This document shows, piece by piece, positions 40,413 to 49,111 of a stretch of 64,000 bases of DNA. The DNA is from Nannocystis bainbridge (lineage in GTDB: Bacteria; Myxococcota_A; Polyangia; Nannocystales; Nannocystaceae). Within the stretch, counting starts at the first letter, position 1. The number at the start of each line of letters is the position of its first letter. The DNA is taken from positions 608,001 through 672,000 of the forward strand of contig NZ_JAQNDL010000001.1 in assembly GCF_028368995.1 (NCBI RefSeq). The letters are read 5' to 3'. The notes beneath the pieces are model-generated. The model was not told the DNA's origin. It did not search any database and was given only the letters and a program-made list of their open reading frames with translations. The translations under genes were made by a program, and so were the position numbers.

Positions 40413-40871
40413 TCACGAACCGAAGCAGTGCACCGCGCCCTCGATCTCGCCCGGGCAGTCGCTGTTGTTGCACGCGTCGACGTGATCGCCGCCGCAGAAC
40501 GGCTGGCACGCCGCGGCGCACGGATAGCCCGGCACGCACCCGTCGGGGTTGGGCAGGCACGCCGGCAGAGCGACCCCGCACTGGCCGTCGAAGCTCTGCA
40601 CGCACACCTCATCGTCGGCGCAGCCGCACGGGTTCGCGTCCTCGGTGGTCGCCTGGCCCGTCGTCGACGGCGCCCCGGTCGTGCTCGTGCTCGTGCTCGT
40701 GGTCGGCGCGTCGGCGGTGCTGCTGCTCGTGGTGCTGCTGCCCGTCGTCGTCGTCCCGGCGGCCGTCGTGCTCGTATCGGATGTCGAGGCGCTGGTGGTG
40801 TCGCTCTGCGGACCGCAGGCGGCCGTCAGCGCGAAGGCGAGGCCGATGATTGGATGTGTCGATACAGACAT
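40413..40871 (-). CDS. Small Cys-rich lipoprotein with Thr/Ser linker
   Basis: Lipobox LTAAC; Thr/Ser tract; many C-terminal Cys. Confidence 0.75.
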   Translation of the reverse strand: MSVSTHPIIGLAFALTAACGPQSDTTSASTSDTSTTAAGTTTTGSSTTSSSTADAPTTSTSTSTTGAPSTTGQATTEDANPCGCADDEVCVQSFDGQCGVALPACLPNPDGCVPGYPCAAACQPFCGGDHVDACNNSDCPGEIEGAVHCFGS

Positions 40872-40875
40872 GGCG

Positions 40876-41181
40876 TCACGGCTCGACGGCCACCAGCCGG
40901 CCGAAGATCGCGTGCCCGCCGATCCAGCCGTTGATCTTGCCGTGGTTGTTGCCGATCTGATATCGGCCGTCGCTGGCGATGGCCTTGACGATGTGGAGAT
41001 AGTCGGCGCCGCGGATCTGGCACAGCACGACGTCGCCGGTCTCGAGCTTTTCGAGGTCGATCGGCTCGACGGTGCACAGCTGACCCGACTTGATCCGCGG
41101 CGTCATCGAGTTCCCGTGGGGTCGGAACTTGACCGTCGTACCGGCGCGCAGCTTTTCGATGTGATAACGGGCCCAGCCCAT
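40876..41181 (-). CDS. S24/S26 peptidase-fold small protein
   Basis: GNSMTPRIKSG, GDVVL, YLHIVK, IGNN. Confidence 0.7.
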   Translation of the reverse strand: MGWARYHIEKLRAGTTVKFRPHGNSMTPRIKSGQLCTVEPIDLEKLETGDVVLCQIRGADYLHIVKAIASDGRYQIGNNHGKINGWIGGHAIFGRLVAVEP

Positions 41182-41237
41182 GATGCGGCGAGGATGCCCG
41201 CTTTCGCCGCCAGGCGCATCTGCGTATCCTTCGCGGC

Positions 41238-43256
41238 GTGCCGGTCCCCCCCGACCTCCGCGCCCTGCTCGACGCTTTCTTCGCGCCTGCCCCCGGAGCC
41301 GGGCCGCTCGCGCTCCTGCACGCCGCGGCCGAGCTGCGCGCGCGCTCGAGCGGCGCGCTCACGAGCGGCGCGATGTTCGAGCTCCAGCGCCCGCTCGTGG
41401 GCGGCCCCTGGTGCCCGCGGCTGTTCGGCCCCATCGAGTCGCTGCGCTGCGGCTGCGGCCGGCTCGTCGGCCCCGAGCACCGCGGCGAGACCTGCGAGGG
41501 CTGCCACGTGCTCTGCACCGACGAGCCCCTGCGCGACCGACGAGTCGCCCACCTCGAGGTCTCGTTCGGCCTGGTCCACCCGGCGCTCGCGCCCCGCATC
41601 GCCGACCTGCTCGGCCTCGACTTCGATGAGCTGCGCGCCGTGCTGCTCGGCGAGGCCGTGTTCCTCGCCGACGGCCAGTTGGTCGCGCACGAGCACCACG
41701 GCATCGACTGGGACGACGAGATGTCCTACGAGACAGGTGTGGCCGCGATCCGCCGGCGCCTGGCGACCGCCGTCGATCCCGAGCTCGCGGCCGCCGGCCT
41801 GTCCGCCACGGCCCTCGTGCTCACCAGCGTGCCGATCCCGCCGCCCGGCGAGCGCCCGCTGGTTCACTCGCCGCACCTCGACGAGGACCGGTGGTTCCGC
41901 GAGCTGTGGTCGGTGCAGGTCGGCCGCGACAACGAGGCGATCGCCGCGCTGGCCGCCCGCGCGCTCCGCAGCGAGCGCCTGCTCGAGCTCGGGGCCCCGA
42001 AGATCCTGCTGGACCGCGACTGCGCCGAGGCCCAGCAGGACTTCGAGGCCATGCTCGAGCTGCTGGCGCGCCCGTCCGACGACCCCGGCCGCGCCCCCGA
42101 TCCGCGGCTGTCCGGCTGGCGCCCCGCCCCGCACCTCGGCGACGACGCGGACCACGTCCCCGGCGCTCCCTATCGGTTCCGCCTCGCCGGCGCCCCGCCG
42201 GTCAGCGAAGCGGACGACCGCGACACCCACCACCGCGCCCCGCTGCGCCCCGAGGTCCCGCGCGCCTGCGTGCTCGCCGACGGCGACCGCGCCCTGATCC
42301 AGCTCGGCTACGCGCTGCTGCTCGTGCACTGGCCCACGGGACATGTCCTTTGGGTCATGCCGGCGGCCGAGGCCCGGCTGCTCGGCGCGCGCGGCGACTG
42401 GGCCCTGTTCGGCGCCAAGTACGGGCGCCAGCTCGACGCCGAGGATCCGACGCTGCTGCACGGCCTTTACGCCCTCGACCTGTCCTCCGGGACATGGCTC
42501 GAAGGCCCTTATCCGGACCACCTGCCGGCGATCTTCGTCGAGAAGGGCGAGCCCGAGGACGCGTGGCTGTCCGACTGGCGCGGCCAGCGAGGGGCCCCGG
42601 GCGCCGAGGACCTCTCGGGCGACCGCCCCGACGAGTGGGCCCGCAGCCCCGATCACCGCTTCGTGTGGATGTCGTCGAGCCCCGACGACGGCGCCGTCCT
42701 CGACAGCGAGCGCGGCGTCGCAGTGCTCATGATCAGCCAGATGCGCGAGCCGGCCGCGGACGATGTGCCGACGGTCGCGCTGACCGGCCCCGAGCGCGAC
42801 GAGAACGGGGAGATCGAGCATCAAGTCGCCCCGGGCATCGCCCTCGCCCGGGTCGGCGAGGAGTGGCGGATCCTCGTGCCGGGCGGCCTGCTGCGCCGCG
42901 ACGGCCAGGTCGCGCTCGAGTTCACCGAGGCCGCGATCGAGGGCGCCAGCTTCGACAGCGCCGGCGCGCGCCTGCTGCTGGTCAACCGCGAGGCGCTGCA
43001 CGTCGTCGAAGTCGAACGGGGGCAGCTGCTCGGGCAGCTCGACCTGCGCCCGCTGGGGCCCGCGCTGGCGCTGCCCGAGTGCGTGCCGGAGGCGCTCGCC
43101 GACCTCGTCCTGGCCCACCACGGCACCCTGGCCGCCGCCCTCACGCAGCCCGACGACGCCCTGCGCGCGCTCGGCCTCGACGACGAACAGCTGGCCGCTC
43201 TGCGCGCCGAGCGACCGCCGCCGCTGCCGGGCCAGCTCGATTCGACATGCCCTTGA
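41238..43256 (+). CDS. Protein with N-terminal RNA polymerase beta-prime clamp-like domain and unrelated C-terminus
   Basis: CPRLFGP..CGC-x12-CEGC, RRVAHLE, LVLTSVPIPPPGERPLV and RLLELGAPKIL align with RpoC N-terminal motifs; no NADFDGD. Confidence 0.8.
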   Translation: MPVPPDLRALLDAFFAPAPGAGPLALLHAAAELRARSSGALTSGAMFELQRPLVGGPWCPRLFGPIESLRCGCGRLVGPEHRGETCEGCHVLCTDEPLRDRRVAHLEVSFGLVHPALAPRIADLLGLDFDELRAVLLGEAVFLADGQLVAHEHHGIDWDDEMSYETGVAAIRRRLATAVDPELAAAGLSATALVLTSVPIPPPGERPLVHSPHLDEDRWFRELWSVQVGRDNEAIAALAARALRSERLLELGAPKILLDRDCAEAQQDFEAMLELLARPSDDPGRAPDPRLSGWRPAPHLGDDADHVPGAPYRFRLAGAPPVSEADDRDTHHRAPLRPEVPRACVLADGDRALIQLGYALLLVHWPTGHVLWVMPAAEARLLGARGDWALFGAKYGRQLDAEDPTLLHGLYALDLSSGTWLEGPYPDHLPAIFVEKGEPEDAWLSDWRGQRGAPGAEDLSGDRPDEWARSPDHRFVWMSSSPDDGAVLDSERGVAVLMISQMREPAADDVPTVALTGPERDENGEIEHQVAPGIALARVGEEWRILVPGGLLRRDGQVALEFTEAAIEGASFDSAGARLLLVNREALHVVEVERGQLLGQLDLRPLGPALALPECVPEALADLVLAHHGTLAAALTQPDDALRALGLDDEQLAALRAERPPPLPGQLDSTCP

Positions 43257-43294
43257 GGCCATGTACAATTCTTCATGTCCTAAGAGACATGCCC
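43243..43294. repeat. 14-bp-phased motif array at a gene 3' end (4 units)
   Basis: CGACATGCCC 43243, GGCCATGTAC 43257, CTTCATGTCC 43271, AGACATGCCC 43285. Confidence 0.85.
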
Positions 43295-43668
43295 GAAGCG
43301 ACAGCTTCGCCCGCCGCTCGGTGATGGCGCCCGCAGGATCGCCGGCGGACGCGTGAAGGCGAACTGCGCCGCGCGAACCCGACCGCTCGACCGCTACGAA
43401 ATGGATCGAGACACCGCCATGCGCGCCGCGGTTTCTCTGTCGTCGCTCGTATCGACCCCTTGCTCGCGGGAGGACCTCACCACCGCGGCGACCCCCGGCG
43501 CGGCGCGGTTCGGCCTGAAACTTCGGGTCGACGGCAAGGGTCGTCATCGCCGTCGAGGGCCGCCATCGCGGCTGTTTTCGCGGGAGCGCCGCGCGGCCTC
43601 GATGCAGCGAATTCCCCATCGCGTTCGACTTGCTCGCCGGGCCACGATCGATCATTCTCCATCCCCGT

Positions 43669-44472
43669 ATGCATCGAATTACTTGTTGTCTTACCGTGAC
43701 CCTGATCGCCGCCTGCACCCCTGACAAAAACGACACCGACTCCTCGACTTCGTCGAGCACCTCGAGCTCGTCGACCGACGCCACCGGGCCAACCGACGCC
43801 ACCGTATCGACCGACGCGACTGACGCCACCGCCTCGACCGACGCCACCGACGCCACCGACGCCACCGACGCCACCGCGTCGGCCTCCAGCGCCGACCCCT
43901 CCGACACGATGCCGGGCACCACCGGCACCACCGGCGGCGAGGAGGACGAGTTCGGCTTCATCTGCGTGGAGTTGGTCAGGGCCGAGAGCGAGGAGAGCGA
44001 CCCGTTCGTGGGCACGGCCTCGATCTCCCTCACCCTCGAGCTCGATCCCTGCTTGCGCGACTTCTACACCGAGGCGCACCCCGAGTACGTGAGCGGGCCC
44101 GAGGGGCTCGCGGTGCTGGAGGAGTGGCGGGACCGGTTGTGCAGCGAGCCCGTCGTGGGTGGGCTGGTGTCCTGCGAGATCGATCAAATCGAGTTCGGTC
44201 TCGCCGATGACGCCCCGGCCACCCTGACCGTGGTCTACAAGGTGCTGGACGCGGCCCAGGTCGACGGGCGCATGCTGCTGTGGGGGCCGGCCCCGCTGGC
44301 GGAGCTCGCCGGCTGCGAGCCCAAAGCGCGGCTCACGACGCCGCTCAACCTGGTCGGCTTCCCCGAGAACGGCGGGCCGCTGTGGTCGGCGCAGAGCTGG
44401 GATAATCCGGTCGGGCTCGTCAAATCCGAGGCCAGCGGGTGCATCAAGGTCCAGGTGGCGAAGGCCCTGTGA
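43669..44472 (+). CDS. Hypothetical lipoprotein with TDA-repeat linker
   Basis: Lipobox LIAAC; (TDA)n linker; Cys-containing globular domain. Confidence 0.78.
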   Translation: MHRITCCLTVTLIAACTPDKNDTDSSTSSSTSSSSTDATGPTDATVSTDATDATASTDATDATDATDATASASSADPSDTMPGTTGTTGGEEDEFGFICVELVRAESEESDPFVGTASISLTLELDPCLRDFYTEAHPEYVSGPEGLAVLEEWRDRLCSEPVVGGLVSCEIDQIEFGLADDAPATLTVVYKVLDAAQVDGRMLLWGPAPLAELAGCEPKARLTTPLNLVGFPENGGPLWSAQSWDNPVGLVKSEASGCIKVQVAKAL

Positions 44473-44612
44473 GGAGTCCATCCCCTGGCTGATGCTCGAC
44501 GGCGGCCCCCGGGTGCGCACGGCCGCGTCGGCTTCGACGCGGTCGCGCCCCGGCCCGCCAGCCCGGCCTTGACGACGCGCGGCGCGACGAGTCGGCGCCG
44601 ACCTTGCCGATC

Positions 44613-44663
44613 GAACATGCCCGGGAGGACATGCTCTTCCAAGATGTCCTGTCAAACATGTCC
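44613..44663. repeat. Motif array between convergent genes (4 units; spacings 14, 13, 14)
   Basis: GAACATGCCC 44613, GGACATGCTC 44627, CAAGATGTCC 44640, AAACATGTCC 44654. Confidence 0.75.
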
Positions 44664-44679
44664 GATGTGACAGCCGACG

Positions 44680-46437
44680 TCACTCGCCGCTCGGCGGCAG
44701 CACGCGCAGGTCCAACGGCTGGTGCGCCGGGTCCGTCACCGGCACGGCGCCCCCGGGCGTTGCCAGATCGACCTGGAAACCCGGATACACATAATTGTCC
44801 TCGGACACCGCCTGCACCGAGTAGAACACCCGCTGTCCGTCGGCGCTGAAGGTCCGCGTGCCTGTCCCGAGCTTCTGGCCAGCCGCCGGCGGCGCGTTCA
44901 CCTGGGTCCGCGCGCCCGGGTTCGCCAGGTCGACGAGCCACAACTGCGAGGCCGGCGTCGCCTCGTCCGGGCCGATGTAGAGCAGCTTCGAGCCCTCGCC
45001 ATCGAACCCGAGGAAGCCCGGGATCGTGCCACCTTCGGGCAGCGGCGGGTTGACGCGCACCGGCGCCGGCGCCTGATCGAGGCGCACCATCCACAGGTCG
45101 TCGCCGCCGTCGGCCGTCGCCTGCGAGAGGTAGAAGAGCAGCGCCGGATCGGGCCCGAAATAGGCCCCACGGAGCTGGCCCCCCGCCGTCGCCGAGGCCA
45201 GCTTCACCGGCGAAGACGGCATCGGCCCGCCGAGGTCGACCGCGAACAGCTCGCGCACCTCCGCCTCGGTATCGGCGTAGTACACGGCGAAGCGGCCGTC
45301 GGGCGAGAACCTGTCGTCCTTCGAGCTCACCCGACCGGGCGCGTCGTGCAGCGGCACCAGTGGCCCCGCGCTCGTGCCGTCGATGGTGAAGAACGAGAGG
45401 TCGCCCAGGCCGTCGGCGCCCTTCCACGCCAGGCCGCCGGTCATGTCGTCGCGGTAATAACCATCCGTCAGCTCCACCGGCGGCCCGGGCGGATTCATCG
45501 TCATGTCGATCGCGCGCGTGCCCGCGTGGGAGGTGAGATCGGCGCCGTAATCGTAGTAGAGCGTGGCGCCGTCCGGCGAGAACCATGCCTCGTGAATGAA
45601 CGCCTCGTCCGCCGGCACCTCGCTGGTCAGCGCAATCGCCTCGCCGGCGTCGCCGGGCCCCGCCCCGGCCAGGAACAATTGCGCGACCTCGTCGCCGTCC
45701 GGATCGCCGGAATAGACGATGCGCGAGTCGTCCGGCGACCACGCGAAGCCCCAGCCGCTGATGCCGCCGCCCGCCGCCAGCGGTGGGTTCCACACCTCGG
45801 GCACACACGATCCGTCGGCCCCCACGTCGCACAGGTAGACCTCGGCCCCGACCCCGTCCTGGGAGGTGCGGCGCAGCGCCAGCCGGCTCTCGTCCCCGCT
45901 CCACCACGTCCCCAGGACCTGAAAACCGGGCTCTCCCGCCAGCTCGACCCGCACCGGGGTGCCGGGCGCCGGCCCGGACATGTCGACCAGCCAGGCCTCC
46001 TCCCCGAGCCGCGGATGCGCCGCGACCAGCAGCATCCACCGCTGCGACGGCGACAGCGCACCGGGGAACGGCAGGTGCCAGCCGGTCGGCAGGTTGTGGT
46101 TGATGAGCACCGCCGGCCCCGGCTGCGGCCCCGTGCAATCGACGAAGTACATGTCGACCCCGACCTCGTTGTCGTCGGCATAGACCACCCGCGCGGCCCC
46201 GCCGTCCGGCGTCTCCCCGGTCGTGCCGGTCGTGGTCGGCGCCTCGCCCGTCGTGCTCGCTTCGTCCGTCGTGCTCGACTCCGCCCCCGTGGTCGGGCTC
46301 GTGCCCGGCTCCTCCGTGGTGCTCGCCGTCGCCTCCGTGGTCGCGTCCGTCGCCGGAGCCTCGCTGGTATTCGCCGTATCGCCCGGACAGCCCGCCGCAG
46401 CGGCCAGGATGCCCAGCATGGTCAAGGTTCGCGTCAT
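44680..46437 (-). CDS. TolB-like beta-propeller lipoprotein
   Basis: Lipobox AAAGC; Thr linker; repeated WSPD/FSPDG/FSADG blades. Confidence 0.82.
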   Translation of the reverse strand: MTRTLTMLGILAAAAGCPGDTANTSEAPATDATTEATASTTEEPGTSPTTGAESSTTDEASTTGEAPTTTGTTGETPDGGAARVVYADDNEVGVDMYFVDCTGPQPGPAVLINHNLPTGWHLPFPGALSPSQRWMLLVAAHPRLGEEAWLVDMSGPAPGTPVRVELAGEPGFQVLGTWWSGDESRLALRRTSQDGVGAEVYLCDVGADGSCVPEVWNPPLAAGGGISGWGFAWSPDDSRIVYSGDPDGDEVAQLFLAGAGPGDAGEAIALTSEVPADEAFIHEAWFSPDGATLYYDYGADLTSHAGTRAIDMTMNPPGPPVELTDGYYRDDMTGGLAWKGADGLGDLSFFTIDGTSAGPLVPLHDAPGRVSSKDDRFSPDGRFAVYYADTEAEVRELFAVDLGGPMPSSPVKLASATAGGQLRGAYFGPDPALLFYLSQATADGGDDLWMVRLDQAPAPVRVNPPLPEGGTIPGFLGFDGEGSKLLYIGPDEATPASQLWLVDLANPGARTQVNAPPAAGQKLGTGTRTFSADGQRVFYSVQAVSEDNYVYPGFQVDLATPGGAVPVTDPAHQPLDLRVLPPSGE

Positions 46438-46606
46438 CGTGTGCTCTCCGTCCGCACCTGGAGTACCCGCGCCGGTGCGGCGAATTGCGAGATGACGAAA
46501 CCCGGCCGTGCGCCGGGTCGGGGGCGCTCGGCCCTGGGCGCGCCCTCGTCCCCATACGCACATGTCCCGGGGGACAGGTCGCTCGCGCGCTCGGGACCAA
46601 CGAGAA

Positions 46607-46635
46607 TGCGCCGCTGGACCCGGTCCAGCGGCGCA
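46607..46635 (-). terminator. Perfect inverted repeat downstream of aguB
   Basis: TGCGCCGCTGGACC-C-GGTCCAGCGGCGCA, followed on the minus strand by TTCTCGTT. Confidence 0.6.
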
Positions 46636-46654
46636 CCCTCGACCAGCGCGGCCG

Positions 46655-47548
46655 TCAGTCGCGATAGCGCTTGGTGAGGTCGCCGTAGGCCTCGATCCGC
46701 CGGTCGCGCAGGAACGGCCAGATCCGTCGCACCTGCTCGCTGCGGCCGCGGTCGACCTCGACCACCAGGACCTCGGGCGACTCGCCGGCCTTGGCCAGGA
46801 ATTCGCCCTGCGGGCCGGCGACGAAGCTGTGCCCCCAGAAATTCAGGCCGGGGTTGACGCCGCTCGGGTCGGGCTCGTGGCCGACGCGGTTGGCCACGAT
46901 CACCGGCAGCCCGTTGGCGACCGCGTGGCCGCGCTGCACGGTGATCCACGCCTCGCGCTGGCGCATGCGCTCGTCCTCGGCGTCGCGCATGTCCCAGCCG
47001 ATCGCCGTCGGGTACAGCAGCAGCTCGGCCCCGGCGAGCGCCATCATGCGCGCGGCTTCGGGGTACCACTGGTCCCAGCACACCAGCACGCCGAGCTTGC
47101 CGACCGACGTCTCGATCGGGTTGAAGCCGAGGTCGCCGGGCGTGAAGTAGAACTTCTCGTAGTAGGCCGGGTCGTCGGGGATGTGCATCTTGCGGTACTT
47201 GCCGGCGATGCTGCCGTCCTTCTCGAGCACGACCGCGGTGTTGTGATAGAGGCCGGCCGCGCGGCGCTCGAACAGCGACGCGACGATGACGATCCCGAGC
47301 TCCTTGGCGAGCGCGCCGAGCTCGTTCGACGTGGGCCCCGGGATCGACTCGGCCTGGTCGAACACCGCCGTGTCCTCGGTCTGGCAGAAGTAGAGGCCCG
47401 CGTGCAGCTCCTGCAGCAGCACCAGCTCGGCCCCGCGGCGCGCGGCCTCGCGGACGCCGGCCACCGTCGTGCGGAGGTTGTGGTCGCGGTCACCGGTGTT
47501 CTGCTGCTGCACCAGCCCGATCGTCCAGGTCGCCTTGCGCGTGGTCAT
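46655..47548 (-). CDS. aguB: Carbon-nitrogen hydrolase, N-carbamoylputrescine amidase-like
   Basis: LQELH..YFCQ, YRKMHIPDDPAYYEKFYFTPGD, VCWDQWYPE, YPTAIGW. Confidence 0.88.
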   Translation of the reverse strand: MTTRKATWTIGLVQQQNTGDRDHNLRTTVAGVREAARRGAELVLLQELHAGLYFCQTEDTAVFDQAESIPGPTSNELGALAKELGIVIVASLFERRAAGLYHNTAVVLEKDGSIAGKYRKMHIPDDPAYYEKFYFTPGDLGFNPIETSVGKLGVLVCWDQWYPEAARMMALAGAELLLYPTAIGWDMRDAEDERMRQREAWITVQRGHAVANGLPVIVANRVGHEPDPSGVNPGLNFWGHSFVAGPQGEFLAKAGESPEVLVVEVDRGRSEQVRRIWPFLRDRRIEAYGDLTKRYRD

Positions 47549-47631
47549 CAGGCCGCCTCTATACGGCTTCCGGCGGCCCCGCGCCAGCACTTCGTGCGCG
47601 AGCGCGCGCCGGCTTGTGGCATGCTCGGGCC

Positions 47632-48882
47632 ATGTCTTCGCACCGCCCTGGCCCCCTCGCCCGCGCCTCCGTGGTCATCCTCACCGCGCTGGTCGCGACC
47701 CTCGCCCCCAGCGCGCCCGCGAACGCCTGCGGCGGCATGGTCTTCCCCGGCCACGAGGCCCGCGTCGGCGGCATGAGCGACCAGGAGCTCGCCGTCGTGT
47801 TCGCCGCCGACGAGACGGTGCTGGTCGCCTCGGCCCGCTACGAGGGCGTCGAAGCGGCCGAGTTCGCGTTCGTGCTGCCCCTCGCCAGCGCGCCGGCCGA
47901 CGTCCGCGACGGCGACCCGGCCCTGTTCCTGGCCCTCGACGAGCTCAGCGCCCCGCGCGTCGCGGTGTTCGAGAACCAGGACGAATCGATGGGCCTGTGC
48001 GGCAGCAGCGACAAGGCCGGCGGTGGCAACAGCCTCGGCGACCCCATGGGCGACCGCGGCGACGTCATGGTCCTCGATCGCGGCGAGACTGCCACCTACG
48101 AGTACGTCGTGATCGGCGGCGACACCGGCGTGGCGATCGCCGACTGGCTGGCCGACGCCGGCTACCCGCTGCCCGCCGACTACGCGGCCGCGCTCGAGCC
48201 GTACGTCGCGGGCGAGTGGTCGTTCTTCGCCGCCAAGGTCAAGCCCGGGGCCGACAGCGGGGTGTTGGCGCCGATCGAGCTGCACCTGCCGCCGGCCCAG
48301 CCCGCGACCTTCGAGGTCCCGCTGGCGATCGCCACCCACTCGATGAAGCCCGGCGCCGAGCTGCGGCTCACCACCTACTTCCTCGCCGGCGGCCCGGTGC
48401 TGCCCGCCAACTACGCGGCCCAGGCGGTCGACGACGACGAGCTGGTCGCGCTGTCGGAGAGCGAGACCAACTACGACGCGCTCGAGGCCGCGGTGCTCGC
48501 CAGCGACCCCGAGGGCGCGTGGGTGATCGACTTCTCCAACCCGCTCTACGCCGGCGCGCTCGGCGAGGCCTTCGACGAGGGCACCTGGGCCGGCCGCATC
48601 GACCCCGAGACCGCCAGCCGCGCGTGGCTCGACGAGTTCGCGACCCGCGCGAAGCTCGACGGCCTCCACCTCACCCGCCTGCGCACCGCCCTGAAGCCGA
48701 CGCAGGTCCGCGACCTCACCCTGCGCGCCGCCTCCGGCCCGCCGGTCGACAACGTGCACGCCGCCACCTACGACCCCGACGCCGGCGAGGGCTGCCAGAT
48801 CGACCGCACCGGCCGCCTGCCCCAGCTGCTGCTGCTGCTGCCGGTGCTGGCGTGGATCCGCCGCCGCCCCCGCCGCGCCTGA
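47632..48882 (+). CDS. DUF2330-like exported protein with MYXO-CTERM-like anchor
   Basis: ANACGG, FAFVLP, WLADAGY, FFAAK; C-terminal GC..LLLLLPVLAWIRRR. Confidence 0.78.
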   Translation: MSSHRPGPLARASVVILTALVATLAPSAPANACGGMVFPGHEARVGGMSDQELAVVFAADETVLVASARYEGVEAAEFAFVLPLASAPADVRDGDPALFLALDELSAPRVAVFENQDESMGLCGSSDKAGGGNSLGDPMGDRGDVMVLDRGETATYEYVVIGGDTGVAIADWLADAGYPLPADYAAALEPYVAGEWSFFAAKVKPGADSGVLAPIELHLPPAQPATFEVPLAIATHSMKPGAELRLTTYFLAGGPVLPANYAAQAVDDDELVALSESETNYDALEAAVLASDPEGAWVIDFSNPLYAGALGEAFDEGTWAGRIDPETASRAWLDEFATRAKLDGLHLTRLRTALKPTQVRDLTLRAASGPPVDNVHAATYDPDAGEGCQIDRTGRLPQLLLLLPVLAWIRRRPRRA

Positions 48883-48904
48883 CCTGTAAGGGCAGCCGGT
48901 CGCC

Positions 48905-49100
48905 GCGCATGCCCGAAGGAGCATGTCCTTTCGGGCACGTCCCGTGCTGGCGTGGCTCCGCCAGCTCCCGGCTCCGCCCCCGACCGACGACGCCCGTTCG
49001 TGGATCCGCGCCGCGGCTCCTCGACTGGCCGAATGCGCATGTCCCTACGGACATGCCCCTTTGCGCATGCCCGATCGGGCATGCCCTCTCAGACATGCCC
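48905..49100. repeat. Two 14-bp-phased motif arrays between convergent genes (3 + 5 units)
   Basis: Units at 48905, 48919, 48933; then GCGCATGTCC 49035, GGACATGCCC 49049, GCGCATGCCC 49063, GGGCATGCCC 49077, AGACATGCCC 49091. Confidence 0.92.
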
Positions 49101-49111
49101 CTTGAGACACC

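Noticed and set aside
41238-43256. Genuine rpoC or a split rpoC1
   Set aside because: Too divergent, no NADFDGD catalytic motif, no adjacent rpoB, and an unrelated C-terminus
48905-49100. Match of the decamers to the eukaryotic p53 half-site RRRCWWGYYY
   Set aside because: The resemblance is real but the context is bacterial, and the conserved unit appears to be TGTCC-N4-GGACA; treated as coincidence
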